Shown here piece by piece: positions 51,207 through 60,833 of a stretch of DNA of 64,000 bases (positions within the stretch are counted from its first letter, which is position 1; every line of letters starts with the position of its first letter). A program made the translations under genes and the position numbers. Under the pieces are notes generated by a model. The model was not told the origin of the DNA. It searched no databases and saw only the letters and a list, made by a program, of their open reading frames with translations. The stretch is from Vicinamibacteria bacterium. GTDB lineage: Bacteria; Acidobacteriota; Vicinamibacteria; Marinacidobacterales; Marinacidobacteraceae. The DNA lies in assembly GCA_963555995.3 (NCBI GenBank), contig OY821641.1:992001-1056000 (forward strand), written 5' to 3'.

Positions 51207-52055
51207 GTGAATATCTCCCTTCCGGGCCTGCGCCGCCGCCGGCGCCTCCTGCTCGAGGTCTTTCTCGCCGGGAACCTGCTCTTCCTGGCGGTGGACATTT
51301 TCTTCGCCCACTCGGTGAACTCCTTCCGCGAGCCGGTGGAGTGGCTGCCCCTCTGGTTCTCGCTGGCCGGCGGCCTGGTGCTCTTCGGGCTCCTCGCCTC
51401 CGGGCGCGGACCCGATGTTCCGGCGATGCGATGGGCCGGGGCAGTGATCGGCGGCCTCTCGGTGGGGGTGGGGATCTGGGGAACGATCCTGCACCTGGAG
51501 AGCGCCTTCTTCCGCCGGTTCGCCCTCGACGGCCTGATTTACGCGGCGCCGTTCGTGGCGCCGCTCGCCTACGCCGGAATCGGGTTCCTGCTGCTCGCCA
51601 ACCGCGCCGGTCTTTTCCGTCCCGCCGATGACGATTTCGGCTGGGGCCAATGGGTGACGATGTTCGCGGCCGGCGGGTTCGCGGGCAACTTCGTGCTCTC
51701 GCTGCTCGACCACGAACAAAACGGCTTTTCCTATTGGACCGAGTGGATCCCGGTGGCCGCGGCGGCACTGGCGGTGTCGAGCCTGGCGCTCGTCGGACTG
51801 CGGCACGCGCCGGCGCCGGGACTGGTCCGGCTGGCGGTGCTGACGCTGCTCCTCCAGGTGGGCGTCGGACTCCTCGGCTTCTGGCTCCACTTGGGCGCCG
51901 GCATCAGCGCCATCGGGGGGCGGCCCTTCGAGGCATTCGTCCACGGAGCTCCCCCGTTCGCGCCGCTGCTGTTCGCGGACCTCGCCGTCCTTGCCGGGAT
52001 CGGGCTGCTCGCCCTACCGGCGTCGTCGATTGCGGCGACCGGGGAAGACAGGTAG
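51207..52055 (+). CDS. uncharacterised integral membrane protein with internal duplication and 4 conserved His
   Basis: HSVNSF..EWLP/HEQNGF..EWIP; GTILHL/GFWLHL; APFVAPL/APPFAPL. Confidence 0.75.
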   Translation: MNISLPGLRRRRRLLLEVFLAGNLLFLAVDIFFAHSVNSFREPVEWLPLWFSLAGGLVLFGLLASGRGPDVPAMRWAGAVIGGLSVGVGIWGTILHLESAFFRRFALDGLIYAAPFVAPLAYAGIGFLLLANRAGLFRPADDDFGWGQWVTMFAAGGFAGNFVLSLLDHEQNGFSYWTEWIPVAAAALAVSSLALVGLRHAPAPGLVRLAVLTLLLQVGVGLLGFWLHLGAGISAIGGRPFEAFVHGAPPFAPLLFADLAVLAGIGLLALPASSIAATGEDR

Positions 52056-52096
52056 CACGGCCGTACACGCCCTGAGGGTGGGTGGGGTTGCGACGT

Positions 52097-52142
52097 GCGC
52101 GGCGCGGAGCGCCGCGCGTGCCGGTCTGGAGACCGGCGTTCC
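52097..52142 (-). repeat. REP-like palindrome with companion hairpin
   Basis: GCGCGGCGCGGAGCGCCGCGC followed by GTGCCGGTCTGGAGACCGGCGTTCC (52118-52142). Confidence 0.85.
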
Positions 52143-52250
52143 CAGCCGGTGCGCCATCCGGGTCGTCAACGGCACTCGACTCCCTCCGGCCACCAGGCCG
52201 TCAGATCGAGAAGCCCGGGCCGGGCCCGCGCTTCGGTTACGTCGAGGGGG

Positions 52251-55200
52251 TCACGCCGCCGTTCGCGGCAGCCCGCGCGCCCGCCAGACGAAGTAGATCG
52301 CCGGGAACACCACCAGCACCACGGCCGCGGCGGTGACGACCCCGCCCACCATGGGGGCGGCGATCCGTTTCATGACGTCGGACCCGGCGCCGGTGCTCCA
52401 CATGATGGGCAGCAGGCCGAGCGCGGTGGTGGCGGTGAGCATCGCGACGGGTCGAACGCGCCGGAGCGCGCCGTCGAAGACCGCCTCGCTCAGCTCGGCG
52501 CGGTTCGTGAGACGCCCCGCCTCCTTCGCCGCTTCGCAGGAGCGGTCCAGGTAGAGCAGCATCACCACTCCGGTCTCGGCGCTCAGTCCGGCGAGGGCGA
52601 TGATCCCCACCCCGACCGCGATGCTCAGGTTGTAGTCGAGCGCGTAGAGCAGCCAGAACGTGCCGACCAGCGAGAGCGGCACCGCGGTCAGCACGATGAG
52701 CGTCCGGGACACCGAGCGGGTGCTCATCTGGATGGTGAGCAGGATGAGCAGCAGGGTCAGCGGGACCATGATCTCCATCCGTTCCCGGGCGCGCAGCAGG
52801 AACTCGTACTGGCCGCTCCAGCCCAGGCTGTAGCCGGTCGGGATCTCCACCTCCTCGGCGACCGCGGCCCGGGCGTCTTCGACGTAGCTGCCCACGTCCA
52901 CGTCCTCGATGTCCACGTAGATCCAGGCGTTCGGCCGGGACTGTTCGCTCTTGATCACCGGCGGCCCCTTGACGAAGGACATGTCCGCCAGGAAGGCCAG
53001 CGGAATCTGCTGCCGGGTCGGCGTCTGCACCAGGATGTCCCCGAACTCGGAGGGGTTGTCGCGGAGGTCGCGGCTGTAGCGCAGGTTCACCGGATAGCGC
53101 TCGAGTCCCTCCACGGTGGTGGTGATGTTCATCCCCCCGATCGCCGACTGGATGACCTCCTGCACGTCGCCCACCGTCAGGCCGTAGCGGGCGATGGCGT
53201 CGCGCCGGATGGTGAAGTTCAGGTAGTTCCCACCCATGGCCCGTTCCGAGTACGCCGAACGGGTGCCCGGAACCTCGCGCACCACGGCTTCGACCTGACC
53301 GCCGAGGTCCTCGAGGACCGCGAGATCCGGACCAGCGAGTTTGATCCCCACCGGCGTCTTGATGCCGGTGGACAGCATGTCGATCCGGGTCTTGATGGGC
53401 ATCGTCCAGGCGTTCGTCAGGCCGGGGAAGCGGATGGCGTCGTCCATCTCCGCGATAAGCCGGTCGGGGGTCATGCCGGGGCGCCACTCGCTCTCCGGTT
53501 TCAGGAGGATCGTCGTCTCGATCATGCTGAGCGGGGCCGGGTCGGTGGCGGTGTCGGCGCGGCCGACCTTCCCGAAGACCGTCTCCACCTCGGGGAAGTC
53601 CCGCAGGATCCGGTCGGTCTGCTGCAGCACCTCGCGGGCCTTGGTGATCGAGACCCCGGGCAGGGTGGTCGGCATGTAGAGCAGGTCGCCCTCCCAGAGC
53701 GGCGGCATGAACTCCGACCCGAGGCGCGAGACGGGCACGGCGGTGGCGGCCGCCCCCGCCAGGGTGAGTGCGAGGACCGCCCAGCGCCACCGCAGGACCA
53801 GCCGCAGGACGGGCCGGTAGAGCGCCATCAGCAGCCAGGTGACCGGGTTGCGGCCCGCCGGCCGGATGCGTCCGCGGATCCAGAAGCCGGCGAGCACCGG
53901 AACGAGGGTCACCGAGAGCAGCGCCGCCGCCGCCATCGCGTAGGTCTTGGTGAACGCGAGCGGCCGGAAGAGGCGGCCCTCCTGCGCCTCCAGCGCGAAG
54001 ATGGGCGCGAAGGAGATCGTGATCACCAGGAGCGCGAAGAAGAGGGTGGGCCCGACCTCGGTGGAGGCGCGCGCGATGATGCGCCAGTGGGGCGTCTTGC
54101 CCCCCTCTTCCTGCCGGTCCCGCTCCAGGTGCCGGTGGGCGTTCTCCACGATCACAATCGCCGCGTCCACCATCGCCCCGATGGCGATCGCGATGCCGCC
54201 GAGCGACATGATGTTGGCTCCGACCCCCTGGAAGTACATGACGATGAAGGCCATCAGCACCGCGAGCGGGAGGGTGATCACCGCGACCAGCGCGGAGCGC
54301 AGGTGCAGCAGGAAGACGACGCACACGAGCGCCACGATCGCCATCTCCTCGACCAGCTTCTCCCGCAGGGTGGCGACGGAGTCCTCGATCAGCTCCGTCC
54401 GGTCATAGACCGGCACCACCTCCACTCCGGCGGGCAGGCCGGCCTGGAGCTCCTCGAGCCGCGCCTTGACCCGCCCGACGACCTCGTGGACGTTCGCGCC
54501 GGAGCGGACGACGACGATGCCGCCGACCACCTCGCCCTCACCGTTCAGTTCGGCGAGACCCCGGCGGATCTCCGGCCCGAACTGCACGGTTGCGATGTCC
54601 TCGACGGTGACCGGGGTGCCGGAGGCGTCCACCCCGAGCGCGATGCGGCGCACGTCGTCGAGCCCCCGGATGTACCCCTCCCCGCGCACCATGAACTCGG
54701 TCTCCGCGGTCTCGAAGACCCGCCCCCCCACGTCCGTGTTGCTGCGCCGCACCGCGTCCCGGATGCGGGCCAGCGAGATGTCGTAGGCGCGCAGCCGGTT
54801 CGGGTCCACGGTGATCTGGTACTGCCGGACGAACCCGCCGACGCTCGCCACCTCCGAGACTCCCTGGACGGCGGTGAGCTCGTACTTGAGGAACCAGTCC
54901 TGGACCGACCGCAGTTCGGCGAGGTCGTGGTCGTCGGAGCGGAGCGCGTACATGTAGGCCCAGCCGACGCCGCTCGCGTCGGGACCCAGGGTGGGGCTGA
55001 CTCCCTCCGGAAGCCTGCCGCTGACGTAGTTGAGGTACTCGAGGACCCGGCTCCGGGCCCAGTAGAGGTCGGTGCCGTCCTCGAAGATCACATAGACGAA
55101 CGAGAACCCGAAGAAGGAGTAGCCCCGCACCACGGTGGCCGAGGGGACCGCGAGCATCTGGGTGGTGATCGGGTAGGTCACCTGGTCCTCGACGACCTGC

Positions 55201-55373
55201 GGGGCCTGTCCCGGGTAGTCGGTGAACACGATCACCTGGACGTCGGAGAGATCGGGCAGCGCGTCGAGGGGGATGGCGCGGAGCGCCTGGAACCCGGCGA
55301 CGGCGAGGAACGCCGCCAGCACGAGGACGAACAGGCGGTTCCGGAGGGACCACTCGATGAGGCGGGTCAACAT
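52251..55373 (-). CDS. cusA: CusA-type heavy-metal RND permease
   Basis: DALPDLSDVQV, YWARSRVLEYL, NIMSLGGIAIAIGAMVD, EFMPPL.EGDLLYMP, DVMKRIAAPMVGG. Confidence 0.95.
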   Translation of the reverse strand: MLTRLIEWSLRNRLFVLVLAAFLAVAGFQALRAIPLDALPDLSDVQVIVFTDYPGQAPQVVEDQVTYPITTQMLAVPSATVVRGYSFFGFSFVYVIFEDGTDLYWARSRVLEYLNYVSGRLPEGVSPTLGPDASGVGWAYMYALRSDDHDLAELRSVQDWFLKYELTAVQGVSEVASVGGFVRQYQITVDPNRLRAYDISLARIRDAVRRSNTDVGGRVFETAETEFMVRGEGYIRGLDDVRRIALGVDASGTPVTVEDIATVQFGPEIRRGLAELNGEGEVVGGIVVVRSGANVHEVVGRVKARLEELQAGLPAGVEVVPVYDRTELIEDSVATLREKLVEEMAIVALVCVVFLLHLRSALVAVITLPLAVLMAFIVMYFQGVGANIMSLGGIAIAIGAMVDAAIVIVENAHRHLERDRQEEGGKTPHWRIIARASTEVGPTLFFALLVITISFAPIFALEAQEGRLFRPLAFTKTYAMAAAALLSVTLVPVLAGFWIRGRIRPAGRNPVTWLLMALYRPVLRLVLRWRWAVLALTLAGAAATAVPVSRLGSEFMPPLWEGDLLYMPTTLPGVSITKAREVLQQTDRILRDFPEVETVFGKVGRADTATDPAPLSMIETTILLKPESEWRPGMTPDRLIAEMDDAIRFPGLTNAWTMPIKTRIDMLSTGIKTPVGIKLAGPDLAVLEDLGGQVEAVVREVPGTRSAYSERAMGGNYLNFTIRRDAIARYGLTVGDVQEVIQSAIGGMNITTTVEGLERYPVNLRYSRDLRDNPSEFGDILVQTPTRQQIPLAFLADMSFVKGPPVIKSEQSRPNAWIYVDIEDVDVGSYVEDARAAVAEEVEIPTGYSLGWSGQYEFLLRARERMEIMVPLTLLLILLTIQMSTRSVSRTLIVLTAVPLSLVGTFWLLYALDYNLSIAVGVGIIALAGLSAETGVVMLLYLDRSCEAAKEAGRLTNRAELSEAVFDGALRRVRPVAMLTATTALGLLPIMWSTGAGSDVMKRIAAPMVGGVVTAAAVVLVVFPAIYFVWRARGLPRTAA

Positions 55374-55475
55374 GTGATGGTTCCGGGCTGGTTAGCGGGT
55401 TCCGGCGCCGGCTTGATCCTGCCAGGATGCCGTGCGCCAGTGCTTCGGGTCGGCGGGCGCCGGAGGGGTGGGGGG

Positions 55476-55639
55476 TGGGGAGGGGTGTCCCCTCCCCACG
55501 AGAGAATCGGTGGAGAGAATCGCGCAGCGATTCGCGCCACCGACCCGTGGGGAAAGCACCCTGCATCCGTGGATTCCCCCGGGTCCCGCCGGATGGCGGG
55601 AGGTTCCGGGGACGGGATGCGGGGTGCTTTTTCCACGGG
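55476..55639. repeat. multi-hairpin intergenic element between cusB and cusA
   Basis: Hairpins at 55476-55499 and 55507-55543; long imperfect inverted repeat CCCGTGGGGAAAGCACCCTGCATCC ... GGATGCGGGGTGCTTTTTCCACGGG (55544-55639). Confidence 0.6.
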
Positions 55640-55642
55640 CTG

Positions 55643-57001
55643 CTAGTGGTGTCGGTGGGTCATGGCCGGTTCCGGCGCCTCGGGCTCGGCGGTCTCCGGT
55701 TCGGCGACCGGCGCCTTGATCGCCTGGGTGAGGTTGCTCTCGGAATCGATCAGGAACTGGGCCGAGACCACGACCCGGTCCGCTTCGGAGATTCCGTCCG
55801 CGATCTCCCAGACCCCGTCGCCGCCGGCGCCGAGGGTGACGTCCGCCACCCGGTAGAGGCCCGGTGAGAGTTCAAGGACCACCAGGTCCCGGGCGCCGCT
55901 CCGGATCACCGCCTCCTCGGGCACCGTCAGCGCGTCCCGCGCTACCGGCACGTCGAAGGTGACGTTCGCGTACATGCCGGCCCGCAGCGCCAGATCGGGG
56001 TTCGCGAGTTCGATGGACACTGTCATCGTCCGCGTCTCCTGGTTGAAATGGGGATACAGGAAGCGGACGAACCCGGTGTAGGGCCGTCCCGGCACGTAGG
56101 GCAGCTCCACCTCGGCCCGCTGGCCGATCCGCATGGCCTGCACCTGGTGTTCGAAGATCTCGACGTCCACCCAGATGGTGGTCAGGTCGGCCAGCTTGTA
56201 GAGGTTCATCCCCGGCTCGACGTACATGCCGTCGAGCGCCTCGTCCACCTTCTCCACGACCACGCCGGTGACCGGAGAGACCACCGAGAGCGTGCGTCGG
56301 GGGGTCTCCTCCCGCTCCAGCAGCGCGATCTGTTCGTCGGTGATGTCCCAGTAGCGGAGCCGGGCGCGGGCCGCCTCGACGAGCGAGCGCGCCCGCCCGG
56401 CGACGTCGGGGAACCGCGAGGCGTCGAGCCGCTCCGCGTAGTGCACGGCCTGGAGGTATTCGGTCTGGGCCGCGACCAGTTGCGGGCTGTAGATGTCGAA
56501 GAGCGCCTGGCCCTCCTCGACCGTCTCCCCGAGATAGTTCACCGCGACGTTTTCGATCCAGCCGTCGTACTTCGTGCCCACCCAGGCGATCTGCTTGTCG
56601 TTGTGGGCGAGGGTGCCGACGGTGCGGATCGTCTGGGCGATGTCCCGCCGCTCGACCGGGGTGGTGCGCACCCCGATCCGCTGCACGAAGCCGGGATCGA
56701 GGCGCACCGCGCCTTCCGGCGTGGCGCCCGCTTCGTCCGCGTAGACGGGGACCAGGTCCATTCCCATGGGCGACTTGCCGGGCCGGTCCGAAATGAAGTT
56801 CGGATCCATGGGCGCCCGCCAGTAGAGGACCTCCCGGTCGTCCTCCGCGGCCGGGACGGCCATGTCGTGCCCTTCGTGGCCGTCCGCGGCCTCGCCGAAG
56901 CGGGGCGGCCACTCCCAGCCGCCGAGGGCGAACCCGGCGAGGACGACGAGCGCCATGCCGGCGAGGAAGGCGCCGGCGCCGATGACGAGGGTGCGGTTCA
57001 T
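55643..57001 (-). CDS. cusB: CusB-type periplasmic adaptor
   Basis: YWRAPMDP..PGKSPMGMDLVP, YSPQLV, GMYANV, QFLIDSESNL. Confidence 0.9.
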   Translation of the reverse strand: MNRTLVIGAGAFLAGMALVVLAGFALGGWEWPPRFGEAADGHEGHDMAVPAAEDDREVLYWRAPMDPNFISDRPGKSPMGMDLVPVYADEAGATPEGAVRLDPGFVQRIGVRTTPVERRDIAQTIRTVGTLAHNDKQIAWVGTKYDGWIENVAVNYLGETVEEGQALFDIYSPQLVAAQTEYLQAVHYAERLDASRFPDVAGRARSLVEAARARLRYWDITDEQIALLEREETPRRTLSVVSPVTGVVVEKVDEALDGMYVEPGMNLYKLADLTTIWVDVEIFEHQVQAMRIGQRAEVELPYVPGRPYTGFVRFLYPHFNQETRTMTVSIELANPDLALRAGMYANVTFDVPVARDALTVPEEAVIRSGARDLVVLELSPGLYRVADVTLGAGGDGVWEIADGISEADRVVVSAQFLIDSESNLTQAIKAPVAEPETAEPEAPEPAMTHRHH

Positions 57002-58374
57002 GAGGACCTCCCGGCGGGCAGGGGAACCTGGGCGCCGATGCCCCGTTCGAGATCCGCGAGCGCGATGAGGAAGTCGGACACGTAGCGGGCGCGCATCCGC
57101 AGGACGTCGAGCTGGACGCGTTCGCCGTCGAGCAGGTCGAGGACTCCCACCTGACCCGTTTCGTAGGCGGTCTCGGTGGCGCGGAGCGTTTCCTCGCTCT
57201 GCGGGATGAGCACGGTCTCGAGCAGGGCGAGCTGTTCCTCGATGGTCTCGACCCGGATCAGGGCCAGCTCCACCGCGTTCTCCATGGCGTCCCGGGCCTC
57301 TTCAAGGCGCCTTCGGTTCGCCGTGAGGCGGTGCCCGGCTTCCTCGACGCCGGCGCGGTACTTCTCCTTCCAGACCGGCAGGGAGACCCCCAGGGACACG
57401 CTCAGGGAGTTCTTGCCCTCGTCCGGAGGGAGCGGTCCGAGGACGTCGGCCGGATCGCGGCCGGCGACGTTCATCAGCGCGAGGCTTGCGGTGAAGCGGG
57501 GCCGGAAGTTCATCCCGGCCAGCTCGACCGCGTCTTCGCTCGCCTCGATGAGCGCGGTCGCCGCCCGCAGTTCCTGCCGGTTCCGCGCTCCCAGGTCCAG
57601 CAACTGCGCCCGGTCCAGGCTCACCGCGGGCGGTTCGATGGCGGGGACCTCTGGAACCGCGGTTTCGGGGGAGCGGGCGCAGAGCGTGTTGAGGTTCGCG
57701 GCGAGCGTCCGGCGCTGGCCGGTGAGCTGACGCTGCCGGTCGGCGATCCGGGTGAGTTCCGCCTGCAGCCGGATGACCGCCTGCTGGAGGCCCTCGCCGG
57801 TGGCGTAGCGCGCCCGCGCCAGCGTTTCGTAGTGCCCCACGAGCGAGCGTTCTTCTTCCAGCAGCCGGCGCGCCGCGTCCAGATAGGCGATGTCGTAGAA
57901 GGTCCGCTTGACCCGGGCGATGAGTTCGCGTTCCTCGGCCTGGACGAGGAGGAACTGGGCATCGGCTTCGGAGAGCGCCAACCGGCCGCGGAGATCACGA
58001 GCGCCGAACCAGGGCAGGGACTGGGTCACCGTGATGCCGCCGGTCTGGGACCCGACGCGGGTCTCCATCCTCCGGAGCGCCTGGCTCACGCTCAGGGTCG
58101 GGTCGGGGAGGGCCGTGACCTGCGGGACGCGCTGCCGGGTAGCCTGGTGCTTCGCCCGGGACGCGAGCAACGCGGGATGCCGTTCGATGGCGCTGTCCAC
58201 GCAGCTTCTGAGCTCCGCTTCGGGAGCGTAGAAGTCGGGAGGTGGTTCCGGCGGGATTCCCGCAGCCGCCGCGACGGCCATCAGGACCGCCGCCGGGCAG
58301 GCAAAAAGGGATCGTAGAGACAACACGATAGGGAGAATCCGTCGCCAGGCTGCGGCGGGCCGGGGCCAGACCAC
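56998..58374 (-). CDS. TolC family outer membrane efflux protein (CusC-like); start uncertain
   Basis: ALPDP, QSLPWFG, ARYATG, AYETG; directly upstream of cusB. Confidence 0.85.
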   Translation of the reverse strand: MVWPRPAAAWRRILPIVLSLRSLFACPAAVLMAVAAAAGIPPEPPPDFYAPEAELRSCVDSAIERHPALLASRAKHQATRQRVPQVTALPDPTLSVSQALRRMETRVGSQTGGITVTQSLPWFGARDLRGRLALSEADAQFLLVQAEERELIARVKRTFYDIAYLDAARRLLEEERSLVGHYETLARARYATGEGLQQAVIRLQAELTRIADRQRQLTGQRRTLAANLNTLCARSPETAVPEVPAIEPPAVSLDRAQLLDLGARNRQELRAATALIEASEDAVELAGMNFRPRFTASLALMNVAGRDPADVLGPLPPDEGKNSLSVSLGVSLPVWKEKYRAGVEEAGHRLTANRRRLEEARDAMENAVELALIRVETIEEQLALLETVLIPQSEETLRATETAYETGQVGVLDLLDGERVQLDVLRMRARYVSDFLIALADLERGIGAQVPLPAGRSS

Positions 58375-58424
58375 GCGGCGCTGGCCGCCGGCGGGTCACC
58401 GGGTTGGCGGGCCCGGGAAACCGC

Positions 58425-58447
58425 CCCGTGCCGGGTTCCGGCACGGG
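58425..58447. promoter_or_regulatory. perfect hairpin between the leader ORF and tolC
   Basis: CCCGTGCCGG-GTT-CCGGCACGGG. Confidence 0.5.
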
Positions 58448-58561
58448 CCGCCGGTCGTCAGGGGTGCTGGCCGGGGACGGCGCCTTCGGGGCGCGCGCGA
58501 GGCGCGAGCCCGGTCCGGCGACGTTCGGCTCAGCGGGACCGAACGCGCGGCGGACGGAGAC

Positions 58562-58912
58562 TCAGATCAGCAGGGCGGCGTGCCGGACGAAAAGGGGCGG
58601 CCGCGGCTCCCGGGGAGGAAGGGGCCCGTCGGGCTGGCGGTTCCATCGGAAAATCGGCTGGAGCGACTCCCCGGAGGCGGGCAGGACCGCCGCCGGACCC
58701 GGCTCGGGGGCAAGGAGCTTGGGGACGGTGACCGACGAACAGCAGGCGCTCACGCGTTCCGCGTCCGGGACCGGCTCGGAACCGCCGTGACAGCTCGCCT
58801 CGGCGGGGATGCCGGGCGCCGCCATCAGCGGGCAGACCACCGCGAACGCCAGCACCACGGCCAGCACGGTGGCGGCCAGCGGCTTGCGGCGTGTGGACGT
58901 GAACAGCTTCAT
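58562..58912 (-). CDS. Cys/Pro-rich leader protein upstream of the Cus operon
   Basis: 116 aa; signal/TM stretch, SCHGG, ACC, C-terminal PLPPREPRPPLFVRHAALLI; TATACT upstream. Confidence 0.65.
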   Translation of the reverse strand: MKLFTSTRRKPLAATVLAVVLAFAVVCPLMAAPGIPAEASCHGGSEPVPDAERVSACCSSVTVPKLLAPEPGPAAVLPASGESLQPIFRWNRQPDGPLPPREPRPPLFVRHAALLI

Positions 58913-58966
58913 TGCCGGCGGCCAGTATAGAGACCCCGGCTTCACGGGCGCCAATGGCGGGAATTC

Positions 58967-59656
58967 CTATCGCCGTTCCCGCACCCCCTGTTGCAGAGGG
59001 AAATAGACCTTCGCGATCCACTTTGGGGGCGCCCCCGCGAGCCAGGCTCCGAGCGCGAGGTAGTCGAGGAGGGCCGTCGAGACCGGGCCGAGGCGTTCCC
59101 AGTGTTCCGTCCCGGTGGTCACCGCCGCTCCGGCGGGCTCGAGGCGGCCGAGGCGGCGGAGGCGGCGGGCGAGCCCGGCGTCCTCGAAGATGGGCTCTTC
59201 CGGGAAGCCGCCGACCTCCCCGAAGGCGGTGCGGGTGGTGAAGATGGCCTGGTCGCCGTAGGGAAGCCCGAGCCAGCGCGCCCGCCGGTTCGCTCCGCGC
59301 GCGCCGAAACGGAGCAGCGCCCCGCCGCCCTCGATGCGCTGCGGGAACCAGCCGCCGACCACGCCGGGCCGGGCGAGGATGCCCGTCACCTGTCCCGCCG
59401 CCGCGCGCGGGAGCCGGCAGTCGGCGTGCAGGAACACCAGAACGTCTCCCCGGGCGGCGCGCGCCCCGGCGTTCATCTGGAGGGCGCGTCCCCGCCCGGC
59501 GGTCTCGACCCGCGCCCCGGCGCGCGCGGCTTCGTCCGCCGTGCCGTCGCGGCTGCCGCCGTCCACCACGATCACGTCCGCCCCGTCGGGGGCGGAGCGG
59601 ATGGCGGCGCCGATGGTGCTGGCGGAGTCGAGGGTCGGGATGACGACGGAGATCAC
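58967..59656 (-). CDS. TIGR04283-type GT2 glycosyltransferase
   Basis: ISVVIPTL, VDGGSRDGT, GRALQMNAGA, FLHAD, LPYGDQAIF, GGFP..FED. Confidence 0.85.
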   Translation of the reverse strand: MISVVIPTLDSASTIGAAIRSAPDGADVIVVDGGSRDGTADEAARAGARVETAGRGRALQMNAGARAARGDVLVFLHADCRLPRAAAGQVTGILARPGVVGGWFPQRIEGGGALLRFGARGANRRARWLGLPYGDQAIFTTRTAFGEVGGFPEEPIFEDAGLARRLRRLGRLEPAGAAVTTGTEHWERLGPVSTALLDYLALGAWLAGAPPKWIAKVYFPLQQGVRERR

Positions 59657-59793
59657 GGTGGAGAAGGGGGTGCGGCCGGCGCACGCCGACGCTTTGTTCC
59701 GCACGTTTGGTCTTTACCTATCGTCGGGCCCCCCGGTAGAATTCTCTGCGTTCCGCGGTCCGGGCTGCCGAGGCGGCGGTTTTTCGATTTTCC

Positions 59794-60222
59794 ATGGGCG
59801 AATACCTCGGACCGCTGGTCGCGATCGCGGTCGGCGTGCTCTTCGTGGCGGTCACCCTCCTGGTTTCGTCGCTCGTCCGTCCCTCGCTGCCGCTCGACTC
59901 GAAGTCGCAACCCTATGAGTGCGGGGAGAACCCGGTCGGCTCGCCGTGGGGCGTGCAGTTCAACATCCGGTTCTACGTCTTCGCGCTGGTGTTTCTCATC
60001 TTCGACGTGGAAGCGGTCATGCTGCTGCCCTGGGCGCTTGCCTATCTCGACCTGGGCGCCGGCGCGCTGGTCGCCGGACTCATCTTCATCGGGATGCTCG
60101 TTCTCGGGCTCGCCGACGTCTGGGTGAAGGGCGATCTCGAGTGGGTGCGCGAGGAAGAGCGGCGCGCCCTGAAAACGCGTTCGGGAGCCGAGGCGTCCTC
60201 CGCCTCGGGAGCGGCCGCCTGA
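59794..60222 (+). CDS. nuoA: NADH-quinone oxidoreductase subunit A
   Basis: [25 protein letters not shown]. Confidence 0.95.
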   Translation: MGEYLGPLVAIAVGVLFVAVTLLVSSLVRPSLPLDSKSQPYECGENPVGSPWGVQFNIRFYVFALVFLIFDVEAVMLLPWALAYLDLGAGALVAGLIFIGMLVLGLADVWVKGDLEWVREEERRALKTRSGAEASSASGAAA

Positions 60223-60269
60223 GGCGCGTGCGTCACGTTGTTCCAAGGGCCGCTGAACGGAGAGTCCGC

Positions 60270-60833
60270 GTGGATCTGATCGGCGCCCTCGGCAAGGGTC
60301 TCGGCAAGGACAACGTGGCGCTCACCACGGTGAGCGCGATCGTGAACTGGGCGCGGCTGTCGGCGCTCTGGCCGATGACCTTCGGCCTCGCCTGCTGCGC
60401 CATCGAGATGATGGCGACCGGGGCGAGCCGCTTCGACTGGGACCGGCTCGGCCTCATCCCCCGGGCGACCCCCCGGCAGTCGGACTGCATGATCGTCGCC
60501 GGCACCGTCACCCACAAGATGGCGATCCGCATCAAGACGCTCTACGACCAGATGCCGGAACCCAAGTACGTGATCTCGATGGGTAGCTGCGCCAACAACG
60601 GCGGTCCCTACTGGCAGTACGGCTACCACGTCGTGAAGGGCGTGGACCAGATCATCCCGGTGGATGTCTACGTGCCGGGTTGTCCGCCCCGGCCGGAAGC
60701 GCTGCTCTACGGGATCATGGCGCTCCAGGATCGCATCCGCGAGAAGTCGCTGCTCGACGATCCGCGCGAGGGCCGCCCCCGGCCGGCGGCCGCGAGCCAG
60801 CCCGCGGGCCGGATGGTGGAGATGGCCGGGTGA
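60270..60833 (+). CDS. nuoB: NADH-quinone oxidoreductase subunit B
   Basis: [29 protein letters not shown]. Confidence 0.95.
   Translation: MDLIGALGKGLGKDNVALTTVSAIVNWARLSALWPMTFGLACCAIEMMATGASRFDWDRLGLIPRATPRQSDCMIVAGTVTHKMAIRIKTLYDQMPEPKYVISMGSCANNGGPYWQYGYHVVKGVDQIIPVDVYVPGCPPRPEALLYGIMALQDRIREKSLLDDPREGRPRPAAASQPAGRMVEMAG

Noticed and set aside
52095-55646. 1183-aa plus-strand ORF (likewise 22740-25748, 46360-48789, 48584-51298, 30-1079)
   Set aside because: Antisense shadows of clear genes (cusA, PPDK-like, maeB, acyltransferase/octaheme, MmeI) caused by GC-rich codon bias; no motifs
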